DNA of 64,000 bases from the human T2T-CHM13v2.0 reference genome, Homo sapiens. The position numbers and the translations under genes are program-made. Within the stretch, counting starts at the first letter, position 1, and the number at the start of each line of letters is the position of its first letter. Positions 45,538-57,261 of the stretch are shown here, piece by piece. The notes under the pieces are model-generated. The model was not told the origin of the DNA and did not search any database. It saw nothing but the letters and a program-made list of their open reading frames with translations. The stretch is taken from the NCBI RefSeq assembly GCF_009914755.1, contig NC_060938.1; one strand, written 5' to 3'.

Positions 45538-46192
45538 TCCGCCTCCCGCCTGACCCTGCAGTGTGGCCTCCGCCTGGGACCCACAAGACACTTGGGCCTG
45601 ACTCCCAACCCCGCGGGGCAACTCCCCCTTGTGCCCACCCCTTGTCTGGGCTTGGCGCCTCGGTTGCATCAGGGCCAGTGCCGGTTGCGCGGTGGCCGGC
45701 CAAGGTCACTGCGGGGAGGTGGGAGCATGGCTGCTCGCAACCCTCCACCCCTCTTCCCCTTTCATCTCACGCTCCCCGCCTTTCTGCCCTTGACTTCTAC
45801 TTCTCCATATCATCCCTCACAATCCCCTTCCTCCATCTCTTCCCCCGACCCCCCCACCTCTGGGGTCTCTCTCCCCTTCGTCTGTCTCCCACCCGTCCCA
45901 CTGTGCAGCTCTTGGCCTTGTTTGATGGCGCTCCCCGCTCCAAAGCACACCCGCTCCAGAGCAAGAGTTTCCAAAGGGGGAGGGGGAGGACCTCTCAGTG
46001 CAGCCTCTGGGGACCACCCCACTGTGGGCAGCAACCAGGGAAGGGAAACAAAATCAGCCCTAGCCTCTCTTTTTGGTGGGGGCAGTTTTGAGGGGTGGCA
46101 TTGGGTGAACGGGCCCCAGTGAGCCCGGTCAGAAAGGACTGGCCTCCACTTGGAGCAGAGGAGTGACCCCAGCACTCTCTTCTTCTTCCCAG

Positions 46193-46239
46193 TCACTGCG
46201 CTCCCTGTGAACAGCCCTATGAATAAAGGGGATACCGAG
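46193..46239 (+). CDS. CHGA: CHGA exon 2 (VTA|LPVNSPMNKGDTE; signal cleavage and start of vasostatin)
   Basis: Polypyrimidine tract + AG at 46191-46192, donor GAG|GTAAG; 47 nt; phase matches exon 1. Confidence 0.98.
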
Positions 46240-48597
46240 GTAAGAAGGGGTGCTGGGGATGAGGGGTAGGAGGCTCCAGTGGACACTTCACAGCCAGTTC
46301 TTGGGCAGCTGCAGGAGTAAGTTCGGCATAAAGCCAAGAGCCAGCACTGCGGCTGCTGAGCCTGGGGACAGCTTGCAAAAGAAGATATCAAAGATTGCTT
46401 GCTTTCCCTGCTGTCCTGCTGTGGGGACTTCCCCAGCTTCCTCTGAGCTGCACGTGCAGCGGAAGAGGCCTGCATCTTACCTGCTGGGCCGAGGTGCCTG
46501 GCTTCAGGCTGTCTTGAACACTCTGAATCCAGTAGGCTCCCCAGGGGCTGGTGGGGGTGGCTTCTCTGTAGTTGTAGTTGTCCACAGACCTGTAAAAATG
46601 GCCTTTGCCTGCCTGGCTCTGGCCTCCCCGCTTTGCTCTTTCTCCCTGAAAGGCTCTGCCAGTAACAACCCACACCCAGCAGGCTCTCCAGCCCTGGCTG
46701 TCCCAAAGGAACACAAGCAAAACATCTTGATCATGGCTCCTGCACCCACGGTCCCACCAATAGGGGCTAGTTGTGGAGGTCACCCAGGAAAGGGCCTTAG
46801 GAGACACTAGTAGGGGTTTCTCTGGCAGCAAGAGACACACCACGCTGGGTGTGTACTTGGAATTCATTCATGGCTGAGCTGGGGCTGTTTTTTCCAGGCT
46901 CTAGTGCTCATCCAAATCTCTGACTTGAGGGTCAGAGAAATTTCTACTCCCCACCTTCCCAGAAACTATTTTCTTCCACTAGACACCACAGTTAAAATCC
47001 AAACCATCCAAGAGATTCCAACCTCAGTTTGCTCAATTATATTTCCTATGTTTTAGTTGCAGATAGGACAGAATTTAAACCTCTACCACTCATTCTAGCT
47101 GTGTGACCTTGGGAAAATTCCTTAATTTCTCTGAGCTCTGCCTTTTTCTCCTTTTCCTTGAGGGGAGGTGTAAAGAGTAGGAATCATGGATGTGAATTGC
47201 CTAGCACATAATAGGTCCTCAGTAAATGGGCACTTTTATTCCTAGAGCTGCCTTCTTGATCTCCCCATCCCTCTCCAGACCCTCTACCCAATTCCTGCCT
47301 CCCAGAAAATGCCCTCTCGAACAGGTGGTTATCTGATATTCCCAATGCAAGGTCCGGGGTTGCAGGGAGATACAGGGTACAGGCTGCTGTGCTCTCCTTG
47401 CTAGATCCCTTATGGGAGACACCCTGGTCACCATATTATACCCAGCAGCCTGTGGTCAGGGGCACCAGAGCAGCTGGCTAGACCTGAAGATTCTATACGA
47501 GGTTGTTGTGACTACATGCATTATACAGCACTTGCCAATTTGCCATCTTGGATCCTTGGACCGGTTGCCTTGGCATCCCGTAGACACAGCCTCCCACCCC
47601 CTCACTCCCTGCCGGTGTTGCCTGATGCCTGTCTGACACCTCCTGCTCTCTACTCAGCTCTAGGCTGTGGAAGCAGGGCTGGAGTTGTGAACCCCTCCCT
47701 GGGCGTGCTGACACTCCATGCTTGAAAGAGTGTTTTTCCATCTGTACCTCATTACCCTGGGAGAGCAGTTGGGAAGGTATTCTCACTCCCGTTTTACAAA
47801 TGAGGACACTGAGGCTCAGAGAGGTTAAGTCACTTCTCCAAGATCACACAGCTAGGATACCACATTACGGTGGGCACCATCATCAAAGATCACTCATTTA
47901 TCAGATGCCTAATTATCCACAGCACCTTTGCAGGTACAGGATAAGACTTTCAGAGGCGTGGCTGTGGTTGACCTGGGATATGCTCCCAGGTGTAGTCAAT
48001 GTGTGCTCACATGCCGCCCAGGGATTCACCCATCCCATGATGAACATGGAGTGAGAATATGAAGCTGTGACTCCTTGCATGCGACAACACCATGGGTGTT
48101 TGGAGACAGTAACCTACATCCTATTTCCAAACAGGGTAGAGCCAGGGAAGGTCTTTGTCTCCTCTGGGCAGTCCAGAAGGACTTCCTGGAGGACCTGACC
48201 TTTGGGCATCTTCACGATCAGAGCACTTTTGTAAGACATCATTTTAGTGCCCTGAGGCAGTTTTCTCATGTTTAGAGAAATAGCACTTGGGGATGAGAAG
48301 GTACCAGGTACCATTCCCTACACCCCATTCTCACTATGATCCACCTTGGAGGGGAACCTGCTGGCCATGTGGTTGGAGTGGCTGACACATGGTAAGCACT
48401 GTGTTAAGGGTTTTCTATTATCATTGCTATCACTGTCTGGCTAAGAAAGCAGAGCTGTGTCCCTGAGCCAGGGATCATGGAATCCCAAAGACAAAAGCAA
48501 ATACCCTCTGTCCTCACTAGAAATTCACCCTAGAGCCTCCAGGGACTGAGCCCCATGCTCAAACCAGCCCCAACCTGCCCCTGCACTGTGTTCCCAG

Positions 48598-48691
48598 GTG
48601 ATGAAATGCATCGTTGAGGTCATCTCCGACACACTTTCCAAGCCCAGCCCCATGCCTGTCAGCCAGGAATGTTTTGAGACACTCCGAGGAG
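48598..48691 (+). CDS. CHGA: CHGA exon 3 (VMKCIVEVISDTLSKPSPMPVSQECFETLRG; disulfide loop)
   Basis: TTCCCAG acceptor, G|GTATGA donor; 94 nt; contains both conserved granin cysteines. Confidence 0.99.
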
Positions 48692-49542
48692 GTATGAGCT
48701 GGAGGCTAGGGGTGAGGGCTGCTGCCTGCTGGGCTGGGAGGCTAGGACATGGGTGTGTGGCTTTTGGTGGAATTAATGATTTAACTCAACAGTCACTGAC
48801 TGAGTGCCCGTCATGTCCAGGCACTGCACCAGGGTCCAAGGTGTACAGACAGTTGAAGGGGTTGTAGCCCAGGTGCTTACAGACTGGCAGAGGGGATGCA
48901 TATGAACACAGTTAACTAGAACTCTGGGCAAAATAAAACCAGGGCTGGAACAGCAAGCCCCCAGACTGTGAGCTCCCTATGGACAAAGATTTTGTGTGCT
49001 GTATCCCAGTGCCTAGAACAGCCTCTGGCCTCTGCAGACACCCTCTAGATGTGTGATGAATAAAGGAATGTTATGGGTGGACAGGAGAAGGACGAAATCT
49101 TTCCAGGCAACCAGTCAAGTTTTTACTAACTGCTGGATAGAGCCAGCAGCATTTCGGTTGGGCTTTAAAAGAAACATTGGAAACCGATGAGTGGAAAAAT
49201 GAAGACAGGGTTGTCCAGGTGTGGTAGACAGTGTGAACACAGGCATGGAGATGGGAACCTGTTGTATTTAAAGAGACCCCACTCATCCTCAGGGGTTGCC
49301 ACCCTTTGGCTAAGGTCTGGCTGCTGGGGCAGTGGCTGACTTCTCTGATGTAGTAGGAAACTGACACATACCTTGGAAAGGAGGTAATTTCAAAAGTGTT
49401 ATCTGAAGACCCAATCTTGCTGCCACCACCCTGGTTTTGAGTTTCCAGAGTAAATTCCTTGTGCTCAGCTGAAAATATTGATGGTAATCTCTTTCTCGGC
49501 TGTTCTCTGGAAACCACCCATGATGACTCTTCTTCATTGCAG

Positions 49543-49611
49543 ATGAACGGATCCTTTCCATTCTGAGACATCAGAATTTACTGAAGGAGCTCCAAGACCT
49601 CGCTCTCCAAG
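49543..49611 (+). CDS. CHGA: CHGA exon 4 (DERILSILRHQNLLKELQDLALQ)
   Basis: TTGCAG acceptor, G|GTATT donor; 69 nt; in frame. Confidence 0.98.
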
Positions 49612-51287
49612 GTATTTTCCAGCCACTGCACTTGACTCTGGGTAAATTCCAGTAACTGAGAGTCAGAAAATCTGGTGGAAGATTCAGCAAGTTCCTCTCT
49701 GGGACTGTCATTTCCTTTTAATTATAAAGCGGAAAAGCAGGATCCGCCGTGCCACCTGGCTCAATCTGTTATTGATATTGTTAAAGAAATCAAGGCCCAG
49801 AGAGGTTGAGTGACTTGTCCAAGGTCACACAGTGAATAGAGACATGCCAGGTGCAGCTTCCCTAAAACCCACGGCCTCTGCAGTTCAGTCATTTTAGGAA
49901 ATACCTTTATGAAGTAGTGAGCCACTCATCACTGATGATATTCAAGCCAAGCCTGGACAGGATACTGGAGTGGAGGGTTAAGCTGCCATCTTCCCACAGT
50001 TAGCCTCTATGCCCAGCCCCCCAGCTCCTTCCAGGCTTGATGCAAAGCACGGCCCTAGCCTTGCAAGTCAGGAAACCTGAGTTTGGCCCTGCACCTGCCC
50101 CGGCTGACTTCCTGTGGGAAGCGGCCGTTTCCACCAGGGCAGGACCACTGGTGGTGGTGTGTCTCTCCATGAGAACAGGGCATTACAGCATGAATCCAGC
50201 ATCTGCTTCCCAACGAAGCGAGAGTGATTTTCAGGGCTGGGCTTGTGTCTGGGGTGGGGTGGGGGTACGAAGGCTGCTCTGGCTTCAGGATGGGCCCCAC
50301 TCTGAGGCCTTTGGGACAGACCAGGCCATGTGTGAGAACAGAGAGGGCTTTGGGGAGGAGGCACGTAAACACAGCCACGTCAGTAGGATTCCTGTGGCCC
50401 TTTCCAAGCTAACACACTGTTCTTCCTCCCACTCATGAGCCAGCCTGGGCAGCAAGCACCCACCTCCTACTGTTGTTGGAGGGGGCAGGGAGTGCTGGGC
50501 ACAGCTGGGACTATTATTACCTGGATAGTTATGTCATCATCAGTGACCTTGGACTAGTGTTTTGTTTTGTTTTTAACTAAGCATTAAATATTTTATTACA
50601 ATTGATAACTTTAAAATTAAATATTGAATGACTAACTGATTACATTTAAATAATTAAATAGACTGTCAACAGAGACTATTATAGGAGAATGTGTCCTGAA
50701 ACATCTCTATTCACATGCACGTGTGTATCCCGTATAAGCAGTATCCAATATATGTATATATGACTATTTTCCATTAACAGATTCCTGGATGTATTTCTGT
50801 CCATCCGTCTATCCGTCCACTCCCTCTTGGGCTCCCATAACATCTTCTGTGTGCCTCTGTCTTAGCATTTACCACACAGCAACCCTATTTTCTAGACAAG
50901 CACCCAACTCTTGGAGAGCCCAAGTTGCCCATGGAGCTAGGAAATAGCCAGAAGGGGACTGGAACCCACGTTGCCTGAGACCAGGGCTGGGCATGCTCCC
51001 TGGCCCACAGCTGCCCAGGAAAGCCCATTGTTGGGGAAGAAATGAGCTGGGCTAGCTGAGGGGCCAACATCAGGAATAAGGCACAGGTGTGGGGACAGTC
51101 AGAGGAGGCAGCGGCGGCGGGGGGAGAGGGGTCTCTGGGTCATGGCTGCAGGCGCCAACCCTGGGCTCAGATGTAGGCACAGGGCTTGGCCTTCTCCCCG
51201 GGCCTGGACTCAGCGTCCAAGGTTAGCAGAGCTTGCCTGAATCAAGAGCTGTCACCATTACTGCCTGCTGCAGGGTTCCTGGAGCTA

Positions 51288-51407
51288 CCAGCCAGGTCCT
51301 GAGGGGTTCCCCACCCCCAACTCCTGCCCAGCCAGGTCCTGAGGGGTTCCCCACCCCCAACTCCTGCCCAGCCAGGTCCTGAGGGGTTCCCCACCCCCAA
51401 CTCCTGC
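51288..51407 (+). repeat. Three identical 40-bp tandem copies in CHGA intron 4
   Basis: CCAGCCAGGTCCTGAGGGGTTCCCCACCCCCAACTCCTGC x3, no mismatches. Confidence 0.97.
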
Positions 51408-51709
51408 CCCTGGGATCCTTGCTCCATTTGAGCCTTTCTTGCTGTGTGGCCACAGCACGCTTGCTCTGGCCTCCCAGGGAGAAGCTGAGTCTGGCGAGGC
51501 AGGGTGGCTGCCTGAGGGCCCAGCTGAGAGAGGTGAGGGACGCCAACCCTTCACCGCTCCCCAAGCTCACGCCCCATCAGTGTCTCATTGGGCAGGCCCT
51601 GAACATGATGTGCCCAGCTTACAGATGGGGAAATGGAGGTCTTCACTCTTATAGACAAATATGCCACAGCTGCACCCAATGGGACTTTTCCCTCCTTTTC
51701 TCATACCAG

Positions 51710-51808
51710 GCGCCAAGGAGAGGGCACATCAGCAGAAGAAACACAGCGGTTTTGAAGATGAACTCTCAGAGGTTCTTGAGAACCAGAGCAGCCAGGCCGA
51801 GCTGAAAG
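51710..51808 (+). CDS. CHGA: CHGA exon 5 (GAKERAHQQKKHSGFEDELSEVLENQSSQAELK)
   Basis: ACCAG acceptor, G|GTCTGT donor; 99 nt; contains the KK site that ends vasostatin-1. Confidence 0.98.
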
Positions 51809-53242
51809 GTCTGTCCCAGCCGGTCTGGCCGGAGGTGGGGAAGGGAGGGTGGCAGTGGGAACAGTGGCTATGATGGACCCAGGGTTCCAGTGAGTCGGGA
51901 GCCCCACCCATAATCCCTTATTTCCCTCTCTCTACAAATGGGGAAACTGCTGCTCAGAGAGACTAGGTCCCTTGCCCAAGGTGAGTGGCATGACCAGGGG
52001 TTTCGATCTGGTCCTGCCTCACACCAAAGCCCTCGCTCGGTCCCGTCTGCCCAGAAGAGGGGCTGGCACTCTAGGGCAGGAGATCTCTGGCATGGCAGGT
52101 GGACAGCTTCAACTCTGGGTCTACCCAGTGGCCACTGTAGCAGAGCCCCCACCCCCAGTGCCTGTCCTCCTGGGAAGTGGTGGGGCCTCAGAATAGCCAG
52201 GATGCAGGAGGACCACAGACAGAGTAGGTGTGAAACGTGAAATGAACCCAGATCATCTTTCTTGAAACCAAAGAGCTTCTAGGAGTCTAAGAGGTCATGC
52301 CTTAGGTCAGTGCGACACTCTGAGCCATCCTCCCTTCCCGGGGAGAGCCACAAACTGGCCCCGTGGCGCTTCTGCTCTCCATGTAGAAGATGGGCCGGTA
52401 AGGCCGGTGTCCAGGAGCTGGATCCTGGTGTCTCCCATCTGGGGCTGAAAGGGAAAGCCCGCAAGTGAAGCCCAGGTGCCCCCACTTTGGTTGAAGCTTT
52501 AATGAGGCAGGCAGCCATGTGTCAGTGCAAAGAGATCCCGAGCTTGTCATTTGGAGGCTTGGGTTCCAGGCTCAGCTCTGCTGCCCGCAAACTGTGAGAT
52601 GGACAGGTCATCTTACCTTTCTGCAGATCATTTTGGGTTTCTGTGAAATAGGCATAGGAGCACCTTTCACCAGAGTCCTGGTGAAGCTCAGATGGTGGAA
52701 TGTACTTGGGAGCACTTTGTTCAGTGGTTATCATTCTAATGACGGGAGGAATTTTCACTTGTTCAAAGGCTGTCTTTAAGGCAGCCACAATAAAATACCT
52801 TTTAATGAAACCCTAAAATATTGCAGAATTGAGCCCTTTCACAGGATGCTGAAGACAGAGAAGCCCCACATGGAGGGGAGAATGAAGTTGCAGTCATGGT
52901 GCCTCTTACACAGAGAGGTTAAGCAACTTGCCCAAGATCACACAGCTGACATTAATTTTCAGTTCAGGCTTTATCTCCTGGATTAATCTTAAGGTCTGGT
53001 TTTTTGTTTTTGTTCTTTGAATAATAACCTGTTTTAAAAGTCAGGATTAAAAAGAAAGAAACAAATCCAGCTGTGCTCAGATCAAGCCTGGACATGGACA
53101 GAGGGGTAACCCTAATCGTTGTCCTGGGCTGGGCTCGCTGGAAGCCAAGAAACATAATGAGTAACATCTGAAATTAGCCTGTGGGGAGGCCCCACACGTG
53201 GCCCAGTCCTCAGGGCCTGACTTGGCTGTGCTGTGTCTGCAG

Positions 53243-53695
53243 AGGCGGTGGAAGAGCCATCATCCAAGGATGTTATGGAGAAAAGAGAGGATTCCAAGGA
53301 GGCAGAGAAAAGTGGTGAAGCCACAGACGGAGCCAGGCCCCAGGCCCTCCCGGAGCCCATGCAGGAGTCCAAGGCTGAGGGGAACAATCAGGCCCCTGGG
53401 GAGGAAGAGGAGGAGGAGGAGGAGGCCACCAACACCCACCCTCCAGCCAGCCTCCCCAGCCAGAAATACCCAGGCCCACAGGCCGAGGGGGACAGTGAGG
53501 GCCTCTCTCAGGGTCTGGTGGACAGAGAGAAGGGCCTGAGTGCAGAGCCAGGGTGGCAGGCAAAGAGAGAAGAGGAGGAGGAGGAGGAGGAGGAGGCTGA
53601 GGCTGGAGAGGAGGCTGTCCCCGAGGAAGAAGGCCCCACTGTAGTGCTGAACCCCCACCCGAGCCTTGGCTACAAGGAGATCCGGAAAGGCGAGA
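53243..53695 (+). CDS. CHGA: CHGA exon 6 (acidic, Glu-rich central region; start of pancreastatin)
   Basis: CTGCAG acceptor, A|GTACGT donor; 453 nt; lies within ORF 53233-53805. Confidence 0.98.
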
Positions 53696-54362
53696 GTACG
53701 TATGATGGCGAAGACCTCAACGAACGTGTCTGGGAGAGGGGGATGGGTGGGAGGAGAGCCTTCTCCATAACCTCATTCCACCTTCATAACAACCCTGAAA
53801 GGTAGGTATTAGCTCCATTTCCCAGGTGGACAAATGAGGCTCAGAGAGGTTAAGTAATTTGCCCAAGGTCACACAGCTAATTTGTAGCAAAAGCTGAGGT
53901 TCTACCCCAGATTTATCTGACTCCAAAACCATGCATTTCCCACTATTCCACATAGCCTCCCCCCACCAACCCCAGAAGCTAGGGGTGGGTGATGGGTGGG
54001 CTGGCTTTGGGAACAGAGACCATGGCAGGAGCGCACAGGCTGATCTGGGAACAGTGTCAGCTTCAACTACGGTTTAGGAGAGGCCCTGGCTCCCGCTGCG
54101 GGCCTGTCAGGGTCTTTCCTCACTCTCCAGCTGCCGGGCTTCTGGGGTGAGGATGAGGGGAAGAGGCAGGCTCCAGCTAACCCACCCCTCTGAGCCGAGA
54201 GGGTCTTGCAAAGCCTGGCATCAAGAAGGTTTTTCCCGCTAAGCGTCATCACTGTGGAGAGGCTGGGCTGTGGCCGCAGCAGAGGCCCCCAGGGAGTGGC
54301 AGAGACTGGGAAAATGGTGGTCCCCCACCCATTCTCCTGCTCTTGCCCACCACCTGCTCCAG

Positions 54363-54844
54363 GTCGGTCGGAGGCTCTGGCTGTGGATGGAGCTGGGAAG
54401 CCTGGGGCTGAGGAGGCTCAGGACCCCGAAGGGAAGGGAGAACAGGAGCACTCCCAGCAGAAAGAGGAGGAGGAGGAGATGGCAGTGGTCCCGCAAGGCC
54501 TCTTCCGGGGTGGGAAGAGCGGAGAGCTGGAGCAGGAGGAGGAGCGGCTCTCCAAGGAGTGGGAGGACTCCAAACGCTGGAGCAAGATGGACCAGCTGGC
54601 CAAGGAGCTGACGGCTGAGAAGCGGCTGGAGGGGCAGGAGGAGGAGGAGGACAACCGGGACAGTTCCATGAAGCTCTCCTTCCGGGCCCGGGCCTACGGC
54701 TTCAGGGGCCCTGGGCCGCAGCTGCGACGAGGCTGGAGGCCATCCTCCCGGGAGGACAGCCTTGAGGCGGGCCTGCCCCTCCAGGTCCGAGGCTACCCCG
54801 AGGAGAAGAAAGAGGAGGAGGGCAGCGCAAACCGCAGACCAGAG
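54363..54844 (+). CDS. CHGA: CHGA exon 7 (pancreastatin to 54511 followed by G-K amidation signal; WE-14 54578-54619; catestatin 54662-54724)
   Basis: CTCCAG acceptor, GAG|GTTGGT donor; 482 nt. WSKMDQLAKELTAE and SSMKLSFRARAYGFRGPGPQL are read directly; catestatin has the common Gly364/Pro370 residues. Confidence 0.99.
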
Positions 54845-56793
54845 GTTGGTATGGGGCGGGAGCCAGCTCTGTGCCAGGCCACGGAGCAGCAGGGGGCAGC
54901 CGCACCCAGACACACTGCCCCTGCCCCACTGAGGGGACAGGGCCCCCCCGCCGAAGTCTGGGGATGGAGAGATGCTCAGACCGGGGGCTCTCAGGGTGGG
55001 AGAACACCCCAGCTCACAGGGGGCACCCAGCAAAGCTGGCTGGGAGATGGGAGGAGCTCAGGTCAGCCTGTGGCAGCGGGGGAGGCGCTGAGTGGGGACG
55101 TTGTCCAGAAGGCAGTAGGGTGCCCTGGAAAAACCATGCGGTGGGTCTGACCGTGTCCCCTCCTGGCCCCCAGGCAGCCCAGGCACAGCCTCCTCCCAGG
55201 CTCAGGCCCTGCCTCTGGCCCATGAGGGTAACGGGGCAGGGCAGGGGCAGGGCCAAGGGATCTCTTGCCTGTGGGGAGTGGGTGGGAGCCACACCGGATG
55301 TGAGCTGGAAGACCTGGGCTCTGCCTCCTCTTGGCTGCGTGGACTTGGGAGGGTCACTCCCCTCCCCGAGCCTCATCAGTTCCATTTATGAAGTAGGGGT
55401 AAGGAGTCTCCTCTGCCCACGTCATTACCATGATTGGAACACACAAAGGCTTTGAAAACCAGGGCCCCTGGGGAAGACAAATGGGGCGTGGGGACACAGC
55501 CCACAGGAGCAGGGGGGAGTTGGGGTCCCTGGCAGCTAGGCGGCTGGGATACCTGGTTCAAGCCTAGTGTCCAGGTAGGAACCCAGGCTCTGTGGGAAGG
55601 CTGACACCTGTCCGCAGCCCTGACCCCAAGGCTCTTCTCTGCCCACCTAGAAGAGGGTGTGGCCCCTTCACTGGGCCCCCGACCCCCTCTCTGGGCCTGG
55701 CAGTCTGAGAGGAAGAAGGCTCCATGTTGGCAGCTGTAGCGGGAGAGGGCATCTGCCCACGTGCCTGGGAGCCCAGGGCGAGGGGCTGAGGACAAAGCTG
55801 GAGAGAATGGGGGCCCAGAGGTGCCACCAGCTTCCTTTCTCCACAAGCAGAGGGAGCTCTGGACCGCAGGGCAGAGAAACTGGACCCCTGAGGCATATGG
55901 AGAGGATGGGGTGGGGGCCTCCTCAACACAGCCCAAGGGTCTTCTTAGAAACCCGAGCCTCGCAGAGCACCTGCCCCAGGGCCTCCTCCAAGACTAAGGG
56001 GCTGTAGAGTCTATTTCCACGGCCTGCAATGTCGGGGTCCCTGGGCCAGGATGCCCTCGGCAGCCTCAAATCTGGCAGTGACCCCGGGAAAATGACCCCT
56101 CCCAGGTCAAAGGAGGCAGCCTTCCCTGCGCTCCTGCTCTAAGTCTTGAGGTTGTGCTCTTGTGGGTGTCCAAGTTCTGAGGCCTGAAAGCTTCTGCAGA
56201 CAGGCATAGAACAGGGCTCAGAGGAGGGGTCCCTGCTTCCCTAAACTTGGGTAGCCAGAGTTCAGGATCCTCTCACAATCAGGACCAGGGATCAAAGCCC
56301 AGCCCTAGGCAGGCTGATGTGGGGCAGCTCCCCCAGCATGTAGCCCTGTCTCAGGCCCCACATTCCCCTCAGGTGGGAAGGCTGCAGAAGACAGACCCGG
56401 AAGTCCCAGGCTGGCCTCACCCTGGGTCCTGGCAACCATGGGCTAGGCCGAGGGAAGGGGGCTCTTCAGGGCACTGTAAGCTTTGTTTTCCATGTGCCCT
56501 AAAAGAACGGACTCCCACCTGTGCGGGACCATTTGAGAGGAAGTGGGGCCTGGATAAGAGGCCACCAAGAGCAGTGTGGGGACAGGGCCCCCGGCATCAG
56601 CCACCTTCTTGTGCATAATGATCCCGAGAGCAGTACAGTAAGCTCATTATCACTGTCTCCATGATGGATGAGGGTACAGAGAGACAAAGCCACCTGTCCG
56701 AGGCCACACAGCTAACCCAGCGCCTTTCTGGCTTACTGTGCCTTCCATGCCACTGGCCAGGCTGGCCCGAGTGAACCCCAATGTCTCTCCTAG

Positions 56794-56877
56794 GACCAGG
56801 AGCTGGAGAGCCTGTCGGCCATTGAGGCAGAGCTGGAGAAAGTGGCCCACCAGCTGCAGGCACTACGGCGGGGCTGA
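56794..56877 (+). CDS. CHGA: CHGA exon 8 coding part (DQELESLSAIEAELEKVAHQLQALRRG*; serpinin region)
   Basis: CTCCTAG acceptor; TGA at 56875-56877; conserved granin C-terminus. Confidence 0.99.
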   Translation, partial: DQELESLSAIEAELEKVAHQLQALRRG

Positions 56878-57255
56878 GACACCGGCTGGCAGGGCTGGCC
56901 CCAGGGCACCCTGTGGCCCTGGCTCTGCTGTCCCCTTGGCAGGTCCTGGCCAGATGGCCCGGACGCTGCTTCCGGTAGGGAGGCAGCCTCCAGCCTGCCC
57001 AAGCCCAGGCCACCCTATCGCCCCCTACGCGCCTTGTCTCCTACTCCTGACTCCTACCTGCCCTGGAACATCCTTTGCAGGGCAGCCCCACAACTTTAAA
57101 CATTGACGATTCCTTCTCTGAACACAGGCAGCTTTCTAGAAGTTTCCCTTCCTCCATCCTATCCACTGGGCACAACTGCAATAACTTCTGACCTTTTGGT
57201 GAAAGCTGAGAACTCCTGACTGTAACATATTCTGTATGAACTTTATCTAAAGAAA

Positions 57256-57261
57256 AATAAA
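57256..57261 (+). terminator. CHGA: CHGA polyadenylation signal AATAAA (3' UTR ~56878-57285)
   Basis: AATAAA ~380 nt after the stop, with upstream TGTA motifs and downstream U-rich sequence. Confidence 0.9.

Larger units (their letters stand above)
44880..45720. other. CpG island over CHGA promoter, exon 1 and start of intron 1
   Basis: Visibly high GC content and CpG density compared with the flanks; boundaries approximate. Confidence 0.85.

Noticed and set aside
46222-46227. AATAAA inside CHGA exon 2
   Set aside because: It encodes Asn-Lys and lies 12 nt from a strong 5' splice site, where U1 should suppress cleavage.
44689-46706. Long ORFs (326, 308 and 298 aa) around CHGA exon 1
   Set aside because: Stop-poor CpG island sequence; only the MRSAAVLALLLCAGQ segment is recognisably coding.
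54239-55033. 264-aa antisense ORF over exon 7 (and 132 aa over exon 6)
   Set aside because: Mirror of GAG-rich sense codons giving Leu runs; no independent support.
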